DNA of 64,000 nucleotides from a virus, in IMG/VR virus record IMGVR_UViG_3300013426_000002, positions 36,818 to 100,817 of that record; one strand, given 5' to 3'. The notes beneath the pieces are model-generated. The model was not told where the DNA came from and searched no databases. It saw nothing but the letters and a program-made list of their open reading frames with translations. This document shows positions 41,110 to 49,062 of the stretch, one piece after another (position 1 is the first letter of the stretch; each line of letters starts with the position of its first letter). The position numbers and the translations under genes are program-made.

Positions 41110-41568
41110 TTATAAGTTATTTATTGTTATTGTTATTTTCTCATTATTATTTGTTGCCTTTTGAAGCATTGGTAGCAATTTGTTATAAGCTGCCGTAGAA
41201 TTAGATATCCAATCTTCAGTAATACCATCCCATGTACCTACTAATATACATCCTTCTGTGTCAGCTGTTTTATTCCCGGTATGTATACGTATACCTAAGA
41301 AATGAGGTACATTAAGTATTTCAGGCATGATGCGTTTAAAACGATTAGAATAGCTTAATTTCACTTCATACGTACCAGCAGGTACAGCAGTATTACCATA
41401 TACTTTTTCTTTACATTTGCATTCTTTACCTTTAGGTGTGTTTGGGCAGGTTTCAGGTAATGGTCTTACTGGATCTTCAAGGGTATCACATATATAAATA
41501 CCATCTACATGCAATTCCCCAATCGTGTATTTGTTAGTACGAAATATTCTATCTAATACTAATTCCAT
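41110..41568 (-). CDS. DUF5675-like / YkuD-fold-like putative peptidoglycan enzyme (endolysin candidate)
   Basis: GIRIHTGNKTADTEGCILVG resembles the H-x(n)-GC(I/V) catalytic His/Cys signature of L,D-transpeptidase (YkuD) folds. The N-terminus TIGELHVDGIYICDTLED is as I recall for DUF5675 proteins. Confidence 0.4.
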   Translation of the reverse strand: MELVLDRIFRTNKYTIGELHVDGIYICDTLEDPVRPLPETCPNTPKGKECKCKEKVYGNTAVPAGTYEVKLSYSNRFKRIMPEILNVPHFLGIRIHTGNKTADTEGCILVGTWDGITEDWISNSTAAYNKLLPMLQKATNNNEKITITINNL

Positions 41569-41903
41569 TAGATTATACTTTTAGCTACACTTGCTTTCAA
41601 TTTAGATCTAAAGTCTAAGAAGTCTTCATATCTCTTCTTACAGTTTTCATCTTCTGTTAAACCTAATTGAAATGCAAAATAATCATTTAACATCTTTAAT
41701 TGATAGTTAACATCCCAATTGTCGATCAATACATTTCTGATAATAGAATCATCATTTACATTTGATTCATTAATTATTACCTGTTCACATTCATAATACG
41801 TAGAATCACCATCTTTTACTTCTTTAATATTGTAATTGAAAGCGTAAGAATGATCATCTAACTTCTGTATCATTTCAGGACGTTCATCATACTGTGATTT
41901 CAT
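41568..41903 (-). CDS. Small acidic hypothetical protein (111 aa)
   Basis: ORF with overlapping stop and start to the downstream gene. Confidence 0.45.
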   Translation of the reverse strand: MKSQYDERPEMIQKLDDHSYAFNYNIKEVKDGDSTYYECEQVIINESNVNDDSIIRNVLIDNWDVNYQLKMLNDYFAFQLGLTEDENCKKRYEDFLDFRSKLKASVAKSII

Positions 41904-42041
41904 ATCTATTATTCTTTTTATAAAGTATTACAAAAGGATAACCTTTTAAATTACTTTCTATTAATAACCTTAATAATCTTGTACTTTTATTTTATTAGTT
42001 ATTTTTTGGCAAGAGCCAAGGTCATGTCGAAACCCGATAAA

Positions 42042-42110
42042 AATTTTATGAGAGCTGTAATTAGCATTTGTAGAAGCTACTGAATTATTCGAATTCACGT
42101 AACCGAGGCT
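42042..42110 (-). repeat. DGR-type template repeat (TR) candidate, non-coding
   Basis: A 69-nt copy of 42183-42251 in the same orientation. It is A-rich in coding sense and built from AAT codons. 19 of 20 mismatches to the gene copy lie at its adenines. Confidence 0.75.
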
Positions 42111-42170
42111 AGCAAAAGAGCCAATATACGCAAGACCACTGCTTTTCACCCGACATCAACCTGTTTACAT

Positions 42171-43661
42171 TTAAAGTCTACAAACTAGACGAGAGCCGCA
42201 ATAAGCAGTAGCAGAAGCCACCGAATAAAGCGAAGACACGCAGCCGAGGCCAGAAAGATTGTTAAAAGTCACAGAACCACCGTAGTACATCGTTTTTAAG
42301 GAAGAACTAGCAGTAGCAGTATGAAAGTAATCACATCTTCCCGTAGTGGAACTACCATTTGCAATTTTTGGAATAACTGTACCTAAATACGTATCACCTA
42401 CATAATTTGACTCTCTCGGTAATTGACCAAGTTCTACAAAATTGTTTGTGATTGCATCACCATAGTCAGCTTCACTTTTTGCAATGTAAATTGTACTTGT
42501 ACCACCATCTTCATCAGTCTTAATATCAAAGATTATACCATCTATATTTTTGAAAATATGACCAAACGGATTTTCAATACCTCTGTATCTTGGTACTTTC
42601 ACTTTTACAGCACTGGTATCAAAAGAACTTGGTAAAGTGTATTCAACCTCTCCTGTGTTGTTACCAAGACTATCTGAAGTACCACAAGGTACGAGAGGAT
42701 AATAATTATTAAATGCACTCCACTTAGCATCTGTTATCGTTGATACGACACTTCCCAGTCCACCTTGTTTAAAACCATCTGTAGTCAATGCATTATTAAA
42801 GGCTAACTGACAATTCCAATTTGCATATTCAATTGAATACAACAACCATATCGTATTTACGGCAGTAAAGTCAAACATGTTCCAATTGGTACCAGCAGCT
42901 CTATTTCTAGCATATTTTCTAAAATTTGCTCTAGAAGTTGCAGTCAGTGGCATACCGAGTTGAGTGTTTTCAGCATCATCTATTGCAGCATTATTGTTAC
43001 CACCTCTAAATTCAGCAGTGGTATTAACTACTGAAGCTAATTTCAAAGTAGTAGCATCAGTTCTATCAACAGTTGCTTCGTAAGCTGAAACATATTGTTT
43101 CTTAACTAAAGTATATCCTTCCAATGGGTACTCAGAAATTCTCATACTGTCCACACCATTCTCTGAAGAGAATTTAGTATAGAATTCAGGAATTTCTATC
43201 ATTACCATACCATCAGAACCATCTTTTACAATAGTTGTTCCATCTTCGTTTGCTGTCCAATCATTATTAAAGTAATGATTAACTGTACCATCATCAGCCA
43301 GAGTACATCCTCTCATCTTATTCTGGATTGGAAGAGAACGATGTAAATCAAGGTTACCTATTCTAGTTAATACTGGATTTAAAGAACCAGACTGCCAAGA
43401 TACACCATAAGAATACAGAGCTTCTGCATTAGGTATATCTGTAACATCTAATTTAACCTGATCCAATAACTTATTGTTTACCAAAACCCATTCCTTACCA
43501 TTGAAGTATTTCAAATCTCCGCCATATGGATTTGATGCGAGATCTGCCCAATACTTAACAGATGCAGGATTAGGTTTGATTGTGCTTCCTAATATATCGT
43601 ATTTATTGTTATAAGTATTCATACATGTATAAAATAAAAAAGGTTGACTAGAAATAGCCAA
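42171..43661 (-). CDS. Tail fibre / receptor-binding protein (496 aa), candidate DGR target
   Basis: Beta-rich fibre-like ORF. The last 23 codons before the final three (...GLGCVSSLYSVASATAYCGSRLV, followed by CRL*) form the variable repeat. The GSRLV ending is reminiscent of the G(F)R(L/V) end of C-type-lectin/FGE-fold DGR targets. Confidence 0.65.
   Translation of the reverse strand: MAISSQPFLFYTCMNTYNNKYDILGSTIKPNPASVKYWADLASNPYGGDLKYFNGKEWVLVNNKLLDQVKLDVTDIPNAEALYSYGVSWQSGSLNPVLTRIGNLDLHRSLPIQNKMRGCTLADDGTVNHYFNNDWTANEDGTTIVKDGSDGMVMIEIPEFYTKFSSENGVDSMRISEYPLEGYTLVKKQYVSAYEATVDRTDATTLKLASVVNTTAEFRGGNNNAAIDDAENTQLGMPLTATSRANFRKYARNRAAGTNWNMFDFTAVNTIWLLYSIEYANWNCQLAFNNALTTDGFKQGGLGSVVSTITDAKWSAFNNYYPLVPCGTSDSLGNNTGEVEYTLPSSFDTSAVKVKVPRYRGIENPFGHIFKNIDGIIFDIKTDEDGGTSTIYIAKSEADYGDAITNNFVELGQLPRESNYVGDTYLGTVIPKIANGSSTTGRCDYFHTATASSSLKTMYYGGSVTFNNLSGLGCVSSLYSVASATAYCGSRLVCRL
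42183..42251 (-). repeat. DGR-type variable repeat (VR) candidate inside the fibre gene 3' end
   Basis: Partner of 42042-42110. See the DGR finding. Confidence 0.75.
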
Positions 43662-43670
43662 CCTTTGTGT

Positions 43671-44234
43671 TTAGATTTCTTTTAATTCATCCCCAATAAG
43701 AGGATCTGATGCATTTATCTCAGGACGAACATTTGGCAGATTTTGTAAAAGTTTTTTAAGCTCTTTCACTTCAGCTTTTAATTCATCAAGTTCTTTGAAA
43801 TCTTTTGTCACATTGGTTGTTATGTCCGAGTTTGCATTAAGTAGTTTTAAGATGTCTTCACATCTCCTCATCTCCTCATCGTATTTCATTACGCTTTCCT
43901 TCTTGATTTTACAGTCATTATATGATTGTTTAACCATATTAATAATCTGTTCTTTATTGGTAGCTAATGTTAAACCAATGGTAGAATCGGTCATTAAATC
44001 TTTATCTTCAGATACTGACAGTTTTCTTTGTTCACCATCACAAGAAATTACTAAATCAACTAATTTACGTCTATTCTGCATAGGCATTGGGAATTGACTT
44101 GGTGGTAATGGTTCTTCGTAGGGTTTTGATACACTTACTACTCTACCTAAACTGTAAGCAGTACTCTTTTTAAAAGTACCTGTAATCTCGAGTACGTGTA
44201 TGTTTGTACCCGGTGTTAATTGAGAGAATGTCAT
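43671..44234 (-). CDS. Hypothetical protein with C-terminal coiled coil (187 aa)
   Basis: ORF. The C-terminal heptad-like segment is KDFKELDELKAEVKELKKLLQNL. Confidence 0.45.
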   Translation of the reverse strand: MTFSQLTPGTNIHVLEITGTFKKSTAYSLGRVVSVSKPYEEPLPPSQFPMPMQNRRKLVDLVISCDGEQRKLSVSEDKDLMTDSTIGLTLATNKEQIINMVKQSYNDCKIKKESVMKYDEEMRRCEDILKLLNANSDITTNVTKDFKELDELKAEVKELKKLLQNLPNVRPEINASDPLIGDELKEI

Positions 44235-44253
44235 ATCTTTAAGTTTTAAAAAG

Positions 44254-44283
44254 ATATGGGCAGTTGTTACTCGCTGCCCATAT
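44254..44283 (-). terminator. Intrinsic terminator (minus strand)
   Basis: On the minus strand, ATATGGGCAG-CGAGTAACAA-CTGCCCATAT is followed by CTTTTTAAAA. Lies directly 3' of the 134-aa gene. Confidence 0.7.
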
Positions 44284-44298
44284 ACTTTAGTTAATATA

Positions 44299-44703
44299 TT
44301 AAGCAGCAGTAGCTACGGTATAATGATTCATAAACTGGATGATATTGTCACACTTATTGTAGTAGACCCAATATCTATTACCGGCTGTTATTTCAGAACC
44401 TAACAATGGAGTACTATCGCCTTTGACAACTGGTACATTTCTATTGTTTGAAGCAGTACTTACAGAACCTGTAGTAGATACAAATACTGGTAAACTAGCA
44501 CTTGCTGCAGCAGGAGTGTTTCTTACTTCAAATACAAATACACCTTCTCTTGGTAATCTACACCAGACTTTGGGGCAAATACCCAACACTGTAGATTCTG
44601 TTGAATCACTAACACTTATTGTAGTAATCTTTGGTATTACTTGGTCTAATACTCTTACAGTATTATTACGACCAAAGTAAGGATAAAATACGAAAGGATA
44701 CAT
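44299..44703 (-). CDS. Small beta-rich protein (134 aa from the ATG at 44703)
   Basis: The ATG at 44703 is preceded by AAAGGAGGTAATT, the only strong Shine-Dalgarno I saw in the window. The longer TTG-start ORF in the track overlaps the upstream gene. Confidence 0.55.
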   Translation of the reverse strand: MYPFVFYPYFGRNNTVRVLDQVIPKITTISVSDSTESTVLGICPKVWCRLPREGVFVFEVRNTPAAASASLPVFVSTTGSVSTASNNRNVPVVKGDSTPLLGSEITAGNRYWVYYNKCDNIIQFMNHYTVATAA

Positions 44704-44720
44704 AATTACCTCCTTTCTTA

Positions 44721-45647
44721 TTAACCACAACAGCTATCACCGTATCCGTAACCGTTGTAACCATAACCTGTTAACCCACCATTACATCCATAAGGATTAC
44801 ATGTAATATAAGCGGGTACTGGAACAGGTCTAATCTGATTTACAATATTCTGTGTCTGTTGCTGAGACAATGCGGACATTTGATAAGCCTGTTTTTCATC
44901 ACGCAAATTGTCAATCTTATTCTGCATTTCTCTCATTTCCAACTGACAGAACTTGTCATTGATGATCTGAGTTTGTGCATCAATCTTAGCACCAATTACA
45001 TTGAATTTAGTTGCATTATCAGACATTAAAGTGTTAAAGCCTGAAGTAATAGCATTCTGTAATGTATTAGTCTGCTGACAAATTGACAATCTGTTATCAG
45101 CACTCATTTGTGTTAAGTTCAAATTAACAGCATCTATAGAGCGCTGAGTTGTGCAGCAACAATCACTAATTGCTTTGATAACGTTGCAATCACCTGCGTT
45201 AACAGCGTTGATTACTCTTTCTGCAGAGAAACCTATTTCACCACTAACTTTACCAATTGCATTCTGGATTGAACACAAAGCGTTGTCAATTGATTTAACA
45301 TCACAATTCAAGTTAGTAGACAGAGTACTAATAGCGTCTTTATTTCCCTGAATAGCTTGCATCAACAAATCGGTATTGTTATTCTGATTACCCATGGCGG
45401 CTAATCTAGCAAAATCAGAATTAGTTTCAGCTTGGTTACCGCGATTAAAACCATTACCACCCCACATCCAGAAGAGTAAGATGATAAAAATCCACCACCA
45501 GCCACCGTTACCGCCGAAGCCGTTACCATTGTTCATCATAGCCATTAAAGCATTGGGATCTAAACCTTTATTAGCATTCTGCATTAAAGCTGCAAGACCT
45601 GCGTCAAAGCCACGATCTTGTACAATTATTCTTTCGTTTTCTAACAT
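44721..45647 (-). CDS. Gly/Trp-rich membrane protein with Cys-rich C-terminal part (308 aa)
   Basis: NGNGFGGNGGWWWIFIILLFWMWGGNGFNRG (a transmembrane segment flanked by Gly/Asn). Cys motifs DCNVIKAISDCCCTT and the C-terminal CNPYGCNGGLTGYGYNGYGYGDSCCG. Confidence 0.5.
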   Translation of the reverse strand: MLENERIIVQDRGFDAGLAALMQNANKGLDPNALMAMMNNGNGFGGNGGWWWIFIILLFWMWGGNGFNRGNQAETNSDFARLAAMGNQNNNTDLLMQAIQGNKDAISTLSTNLNCDVKSIDNALCSIQNAIGKVSGEIGFSAERVINAVNAGDCNVIKAISDCCCTTQRSIDAVNLNLTQMSADNRLSICQQTNTLQNAITSGFNTLMSDNATKFNVIGAKIDAQTQIINDKFCQLEMREMQNKIDNLRDEKQAYQMSALSQQQTQNIVNQIRPVPVPAYITCNPYGCNGGLTGYGYNGYGYGDSCCG

Positions 45648-45685
45648 AATATTAATTTTTTAATTGATTTAAAATCTTTGATTGA

Positions 45686-46438
45686 TTAGAAATATCTGAT
45701 AGATGTGTTACGTGTGTCTCTATTCTGAGCCATACGCATTTCTTTTTCACGTTCTTCACGTTCTTTTTTCATGCGTTTTGCTTCCTCAGAATAATTACTA
45801 TATCCATATTCAGAACGTGATTCATAAGGATACTCTCTTCTAGATCTGTAGTATCTGTCGTAATCACGATATTCTGGTTCTTCGTAACGACTATAATAAT
45901 CACCCTTATGATACTCGTGTTCATAAGCTTTGTAATCATTATCATCATCGTCACACATTATATAAACATAGTAATGCCACATTTTACCTTCTGAAATATC
46001 TTTGTCACAAAGCCAAGCCTTGGTAAGTTCTGCAAAATGTTTAGTATTAGTACCGCCTGTCATAGCTACTACAGCTTTATAAAAATCTGAGTAGATCATG
46101 TTCATAGCTACGTACCAATCCCATTTGTTATGTTTCTCTGATTTCAAATTTATGCCAAGTTGATTGGCAACGGACGTTGTCTCTTCAACCGTCCAGTGAG
46201 GACCTGTAGTTCCATCCTCGTTTTCCATCTCTTCTACAGCATATTGTGCATGTTCCTCATCAAAATGAGGTCCATTAATTGCCTCATAAGCATTTGCACA
46301 GAGTTCTGATTTTAGTATTCTAAAACCTTTCTCAAGCAAATTATCTTCATGCTGATCCATAGCTTTACCTAATTTAGTTAAGGCTTCAGTAGGAGAAGGA
46401 TGGCGTTTGATTTGATCTATTATTTTACTTAAATGCAT
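45686..46438 (-). CDS. Hypothetical protein with Tyr/Arg/Glu-rich low-complexity tail (250 aa)
   Basis: The C-terminus reads YYSRYEEPEYRDYDRYYRSRREYPYESRSEYGYSNYSEEAKRMKKEREEREKE. Confidence 0.45.
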   Translation of the reverse strand: MHLSKIIDQIKRHPSPTEALTKLGKAMDQHEDNLLEKGFRILKSELCANAYEAINGPHFDEEHAQYAVEEMENEDGTTGPHWTVEETTSVANQLGINLKSEKHNKWDWYVAMNMIYSDFYKAVVAMTGGTNTKHFAELTKAWLCDKDISEGKMWHYYVYIMCDDDDNDYKAYEHEYHKGDYYSRYEEPEYRDYDRYYRSRREYPYESRSEYGYSNYSEEAKRMKKEREEREKEMRMAQNRDTRNTSIRYF

Positions 46439-46485
46439 AGTTTCAATTTGTTTATTGATTAATACTAAATTGAAATGTTTTGCAA

Positions 46486-47085
46486 TTATTTTGATAATTT
46501 GATAACTCGTGTATCGGTTACACGTATTAAGTCATTAGAATTGATAATTTTGTAAGATTCTAGTTTGTCTTTTTTAAAGTCAAAATGAATTAACCGTTGA
46601 AACCAGTTTTTATATTTCTTTCTATATACTTTTTCTTCGGTTATAAACAAATCTTGATGATTGTATATTTCTGGTATACAAGTTAAGATTGAATCTTTCC
46701 TTGATATTTTGATGGTAGTCAATTGATTTGATTGAAGCTCAGTATAAAAATCTCTATCTACAGGTATCTTCTTTACTATAGTATCTGTCAACAGTGTTGA
46801 CACCCTCATTGCTTCTTTTAACTTTTTATCTTTTATTTTAAGTTGATCTTGTACTTTTGATAACTCTTGTATCAGACTATCATTAGAATGTTTAAAATCT
46901 GATATGTCTAATTGTAATACTCTATTAGCTTCATATTGATTATTTAGCATTGATTGATAAGCTTCAATATTGTTTTTAGCTTTACTTAGGTAGTTATCTA
47001 AACTATTTACTTTAGACCTTAATACATAATTAGTAACACCTAAGTAAGATATAAGTCCTATTATCAACACTCTAAGATAGCTCAT
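46486..47085 (-). CDS. N-terminally membrane-anchored coiled-coil protein (200 aa; possible spanin-like or lysis accessory)
   Basis: The ATG at 47085 lies 1 nt after the holin stop. MSYLRVLIIGLISYLGVTNYVL is a signal anchor and is followed by a long coiled coil. Confidence 0.4.
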   Translation of the reverse strand: MSYLRVLIIGLISYLGVTNYVLRSKVNSLDNYLSKAKNNIEAYQSMLNNQYEANRVLQLDISDFKHSNDSLIQELSKVQDQLKIKDKKLKEAMRVSTLLTDTIVKKIPVDRDFYTELQSNQLTTIKISRKDSILTCIPEIYNHQDLFITEEKVYRKKYKNWFQRLIHFDFKKDKLESYKIINSNDLIRVTDTRVIKLSK

Positions 47086-47086
47086 A

Positions 47087-47632
47087 TTATTTAATCTTTT
47101 TAACCAATTTCTTAATCTTTGGTAAATCTTCTTTATCAATTGTAATATCCAAGTACTTCTCACCTTTTTTCTTTAAGAATTTAGAGAATAATTTCCAAGG
47201 TCCTGTGGGATCTAATGTATGAAGATTTTCAATCATTGACCACAGTTCTACACCGGCAATCAAACCTGCAAAACCTTCTACTAGATGAGCACTAAATGAA
47301 GTTAGTATATATTGATCAACAAGATGACCACAACTAATCATTAGCGTACTAAAACCTAATTTCTTTATAGTTGCCCAAGCCCTTCTAGATTCTATTTTAT
47401 CTCCCTTACTTAAGGATACACGGATACCTAGAATCATATCAATAATAATTAACACACCTACTGAAACAATAGGTATCCAAATAGGCATAAAGAAAGTACT
47501 CAATATACTTGCTAAACTTGTACTTACACAAGTAAGTAATTTAGCAGGTCCATCGCTTACTATCTCTCTAAAATAATTCATTGTAGAAACACTTGATGCT
47601 TTTATAATTATCTCATTTAATATACGGTACAT
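47087..47632 (-). CDS. Holin (phage_holin_4_1 / LL-H-like family)
   Basis: Multiple transmembrane segments (FMPIWIPIVSVGVLIIIDMILGI, LGFSTLMISCGHLV, FAGLIAGVELWSMIENL). The ...E.wSmiENl.....P... motif is typical of that holin family. Confidence 0.65.
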   Translation of the reverse strand: MYRILNEIIIKASSVSTMNYFREIVSDGPAKLLTCVSTSLASILSTFFMPIWIPIVSVGVLIIIDMILGIRVSLSKGDKIESRRAWATIKKLGFSTLMISCGHLVDQYILTSFSAHLVEGFAGLIAGVELWSMIENLHTLDPTGPWKLFSKFLKKKGEKYLDITIDKEDLPKIKKLVKKIK

Positions 47633-47658
47633 GTTGATTGCAAATGTTTGAAAAACAA

Positions 47659-47695
47659 AACGCTAGACAAAACTTTTGAAAGAAATGCTAGCGTT
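47659..47695 (-). terminator. Intrinsic terminator (minus strand) after the 419-aa gene
   Basis: The 8-bp stem AACGCTAG/CTAGCGTT is followed on the minus strand by TTTGTTTTTC. Confidence 0.55.
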
Positions 47696-47802
47696 CTGAA
47701 AAATTATATGATACTTAGAGCTTGATATATTGGTAAACGGTGCCAATACTCAAAAGTTCTCTTTTAAAATATCACTATTATTGTTCTAATAGCGGTTATT
47801 AA

Positions 47803-49062
47803 TTATGTAGTTTCCACTTCTTTGTTACCTTTGTAAGGTAGTAAGGCTAAAGGAACATTATTATATGCGCTGGTTTTGGATGCAGAAACCACAACTTTAG
47901 TACTCATATCATATGCGTATTCTGTTGTCGGAGTACTTCCAGTCGAAGTCCAGTAATATGTGATACCTGTGGTATTGAAATTATTTAATCCAATTAAAGC
48001 AGAATAGGAATTGATTGTGTCTACATTTTCTACTATTTTACTCCATTCACCAAGAGATCCTACAAAACCTGTAGAACCATTGCCGATTGAAAAATTTGTA
48101 GCATATGATGCTGCGTATTCTGTACTCTGTTTTAATAGTAACTTTGTATTAATTCTTCCAGCATAATCTTTTAAAGCGTAGTCGGAATTTCCAACAGCAT
48201 AAAGCATATTTGCATTACTTGCTGGGCCTACACCTGCATATTTAGTTCTCTCTTTAGAGATCAGAAATTGAGTTTCATCTGTTACTAAAGCAACACCTAT
48301 TGCGTCAGATGATGCTTTACCAGAAGCTGTCCATTGAGTATCTGTGTAATAATTATTATCTTTATCACATATATAAATTCCATTATCTATATGATTGTAT
48401 TTCACTGTACAAAATGGACGTACCCAGCCAATAGAACTCTTATACGGTGAACTGATATAAACATTTGTACTGGCATCCATTTGATAAGTCGAATTCAAAT
48501 CTTTTTGAGTAGAGCTTATCACAGGATCTTCACCTGTATCTTCTAATTCTGTTCCACCTACGTTCTGTAAAGCATCCGTTAAATCCGTAAAACTAACGCA
48601 AGAAGCCATTAATTGACCTAAGGCAGGTAAATACCAACTACCTGCAGGGAATCCTTCTGTAGAATATTCAGCACAAGCTTTAGCAGCTAAAGCAGAGTTG
48701 CCCAATTGTGCAATGATTTTCTCAGTATTGGTTTTACCATCAAAGTCAAGTCTAGCTACAGCTTTGTCTGTAGTTGTAACTATATCTGAAATTAGAGTGC
48801 CAGTGCCACCAAACGTAGTTTTACTTGTAGAAGTGTTGTGCAATGCCATAAAGTCAAATTCCATACTACGTACATCTGTAATAACACCAACACAAGTTTT
48901 AGAGCCATCGTGCAAAGTTGACCAAGTCCCATCACTATATACGTAATCATACACTTTTGGTCTATAACGAACCTCATGTGGATAAATTTTAGTACTACCC
49001 AAATACATTGCCGTTACAGGAGTACTACCAACATATGCTTTTGTAATATCTAAATTTGTCAT
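47803..49062 (-). CDS. Tail fibre or adhesin-like protein with a DUF1566-like motif (419 aa)
   Basis: [12 protein letters not shown] matches the W.LP...EL core I recall for DUF1566 (Lcl C-terminal) domains. Lies in the fibre gene cluster. Confidence 0.45.
   Translation of the reverse strand: MTNLDITKAYVGSTPVTAMYLGSTKIYPHEVRYRPKVYDYVYSDGTWSTLHDGSKTCVGVITDVRSMEFDFMALHNTSTSKTTFGGTGTLISDIVTTTDKAVARLDFDGKTNTEKIIAQLGNSALAAKACAEYSTEGFPAGSWYLPALGQLMASCVSFTDLTDALQNVGGTELEDTGEDPVISSTQKDLNSTYQMDASTNVYISSPYKSSIGWVRPFCTVKYNHIDNGIYICDKDNNYYTDTQWTASGKASSDAIGVALVTDETQFLISKERTKYAGVGPASNANMLYAVGNSDYALKDYAGRINTKLLLKQSTEYAASYATNFSIGNGSTGFVGSLGEWSKIVENVDTINSYSALIGLNNFNTTGITYYWTSTGSTPTTEYAYDMSTKVVVSASKTSAYNNVPLALLPYKGNKEVETT

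Noticed and set aside
41568-41903. The 111-aa ORF downstream of the TR as the DGR accessory protein Avd.
   Set aside because: The protein is strongly acidic and shows none of the basic four-helix-bundle character expected of Avd. The call would rest on position alone.
46486-47163. A 77-nt overlap between the holin gene and the following ORF, as listed in the ORF track. The same question applies to the long N-terminal extensions of 44299..44730 and 51652..52083.
   Set aside because: In each case an internal ATG lies 1-18 nt after the upstream stop and gives a sensible N-terminus. The extensions arise from taking the most upstream start codon.
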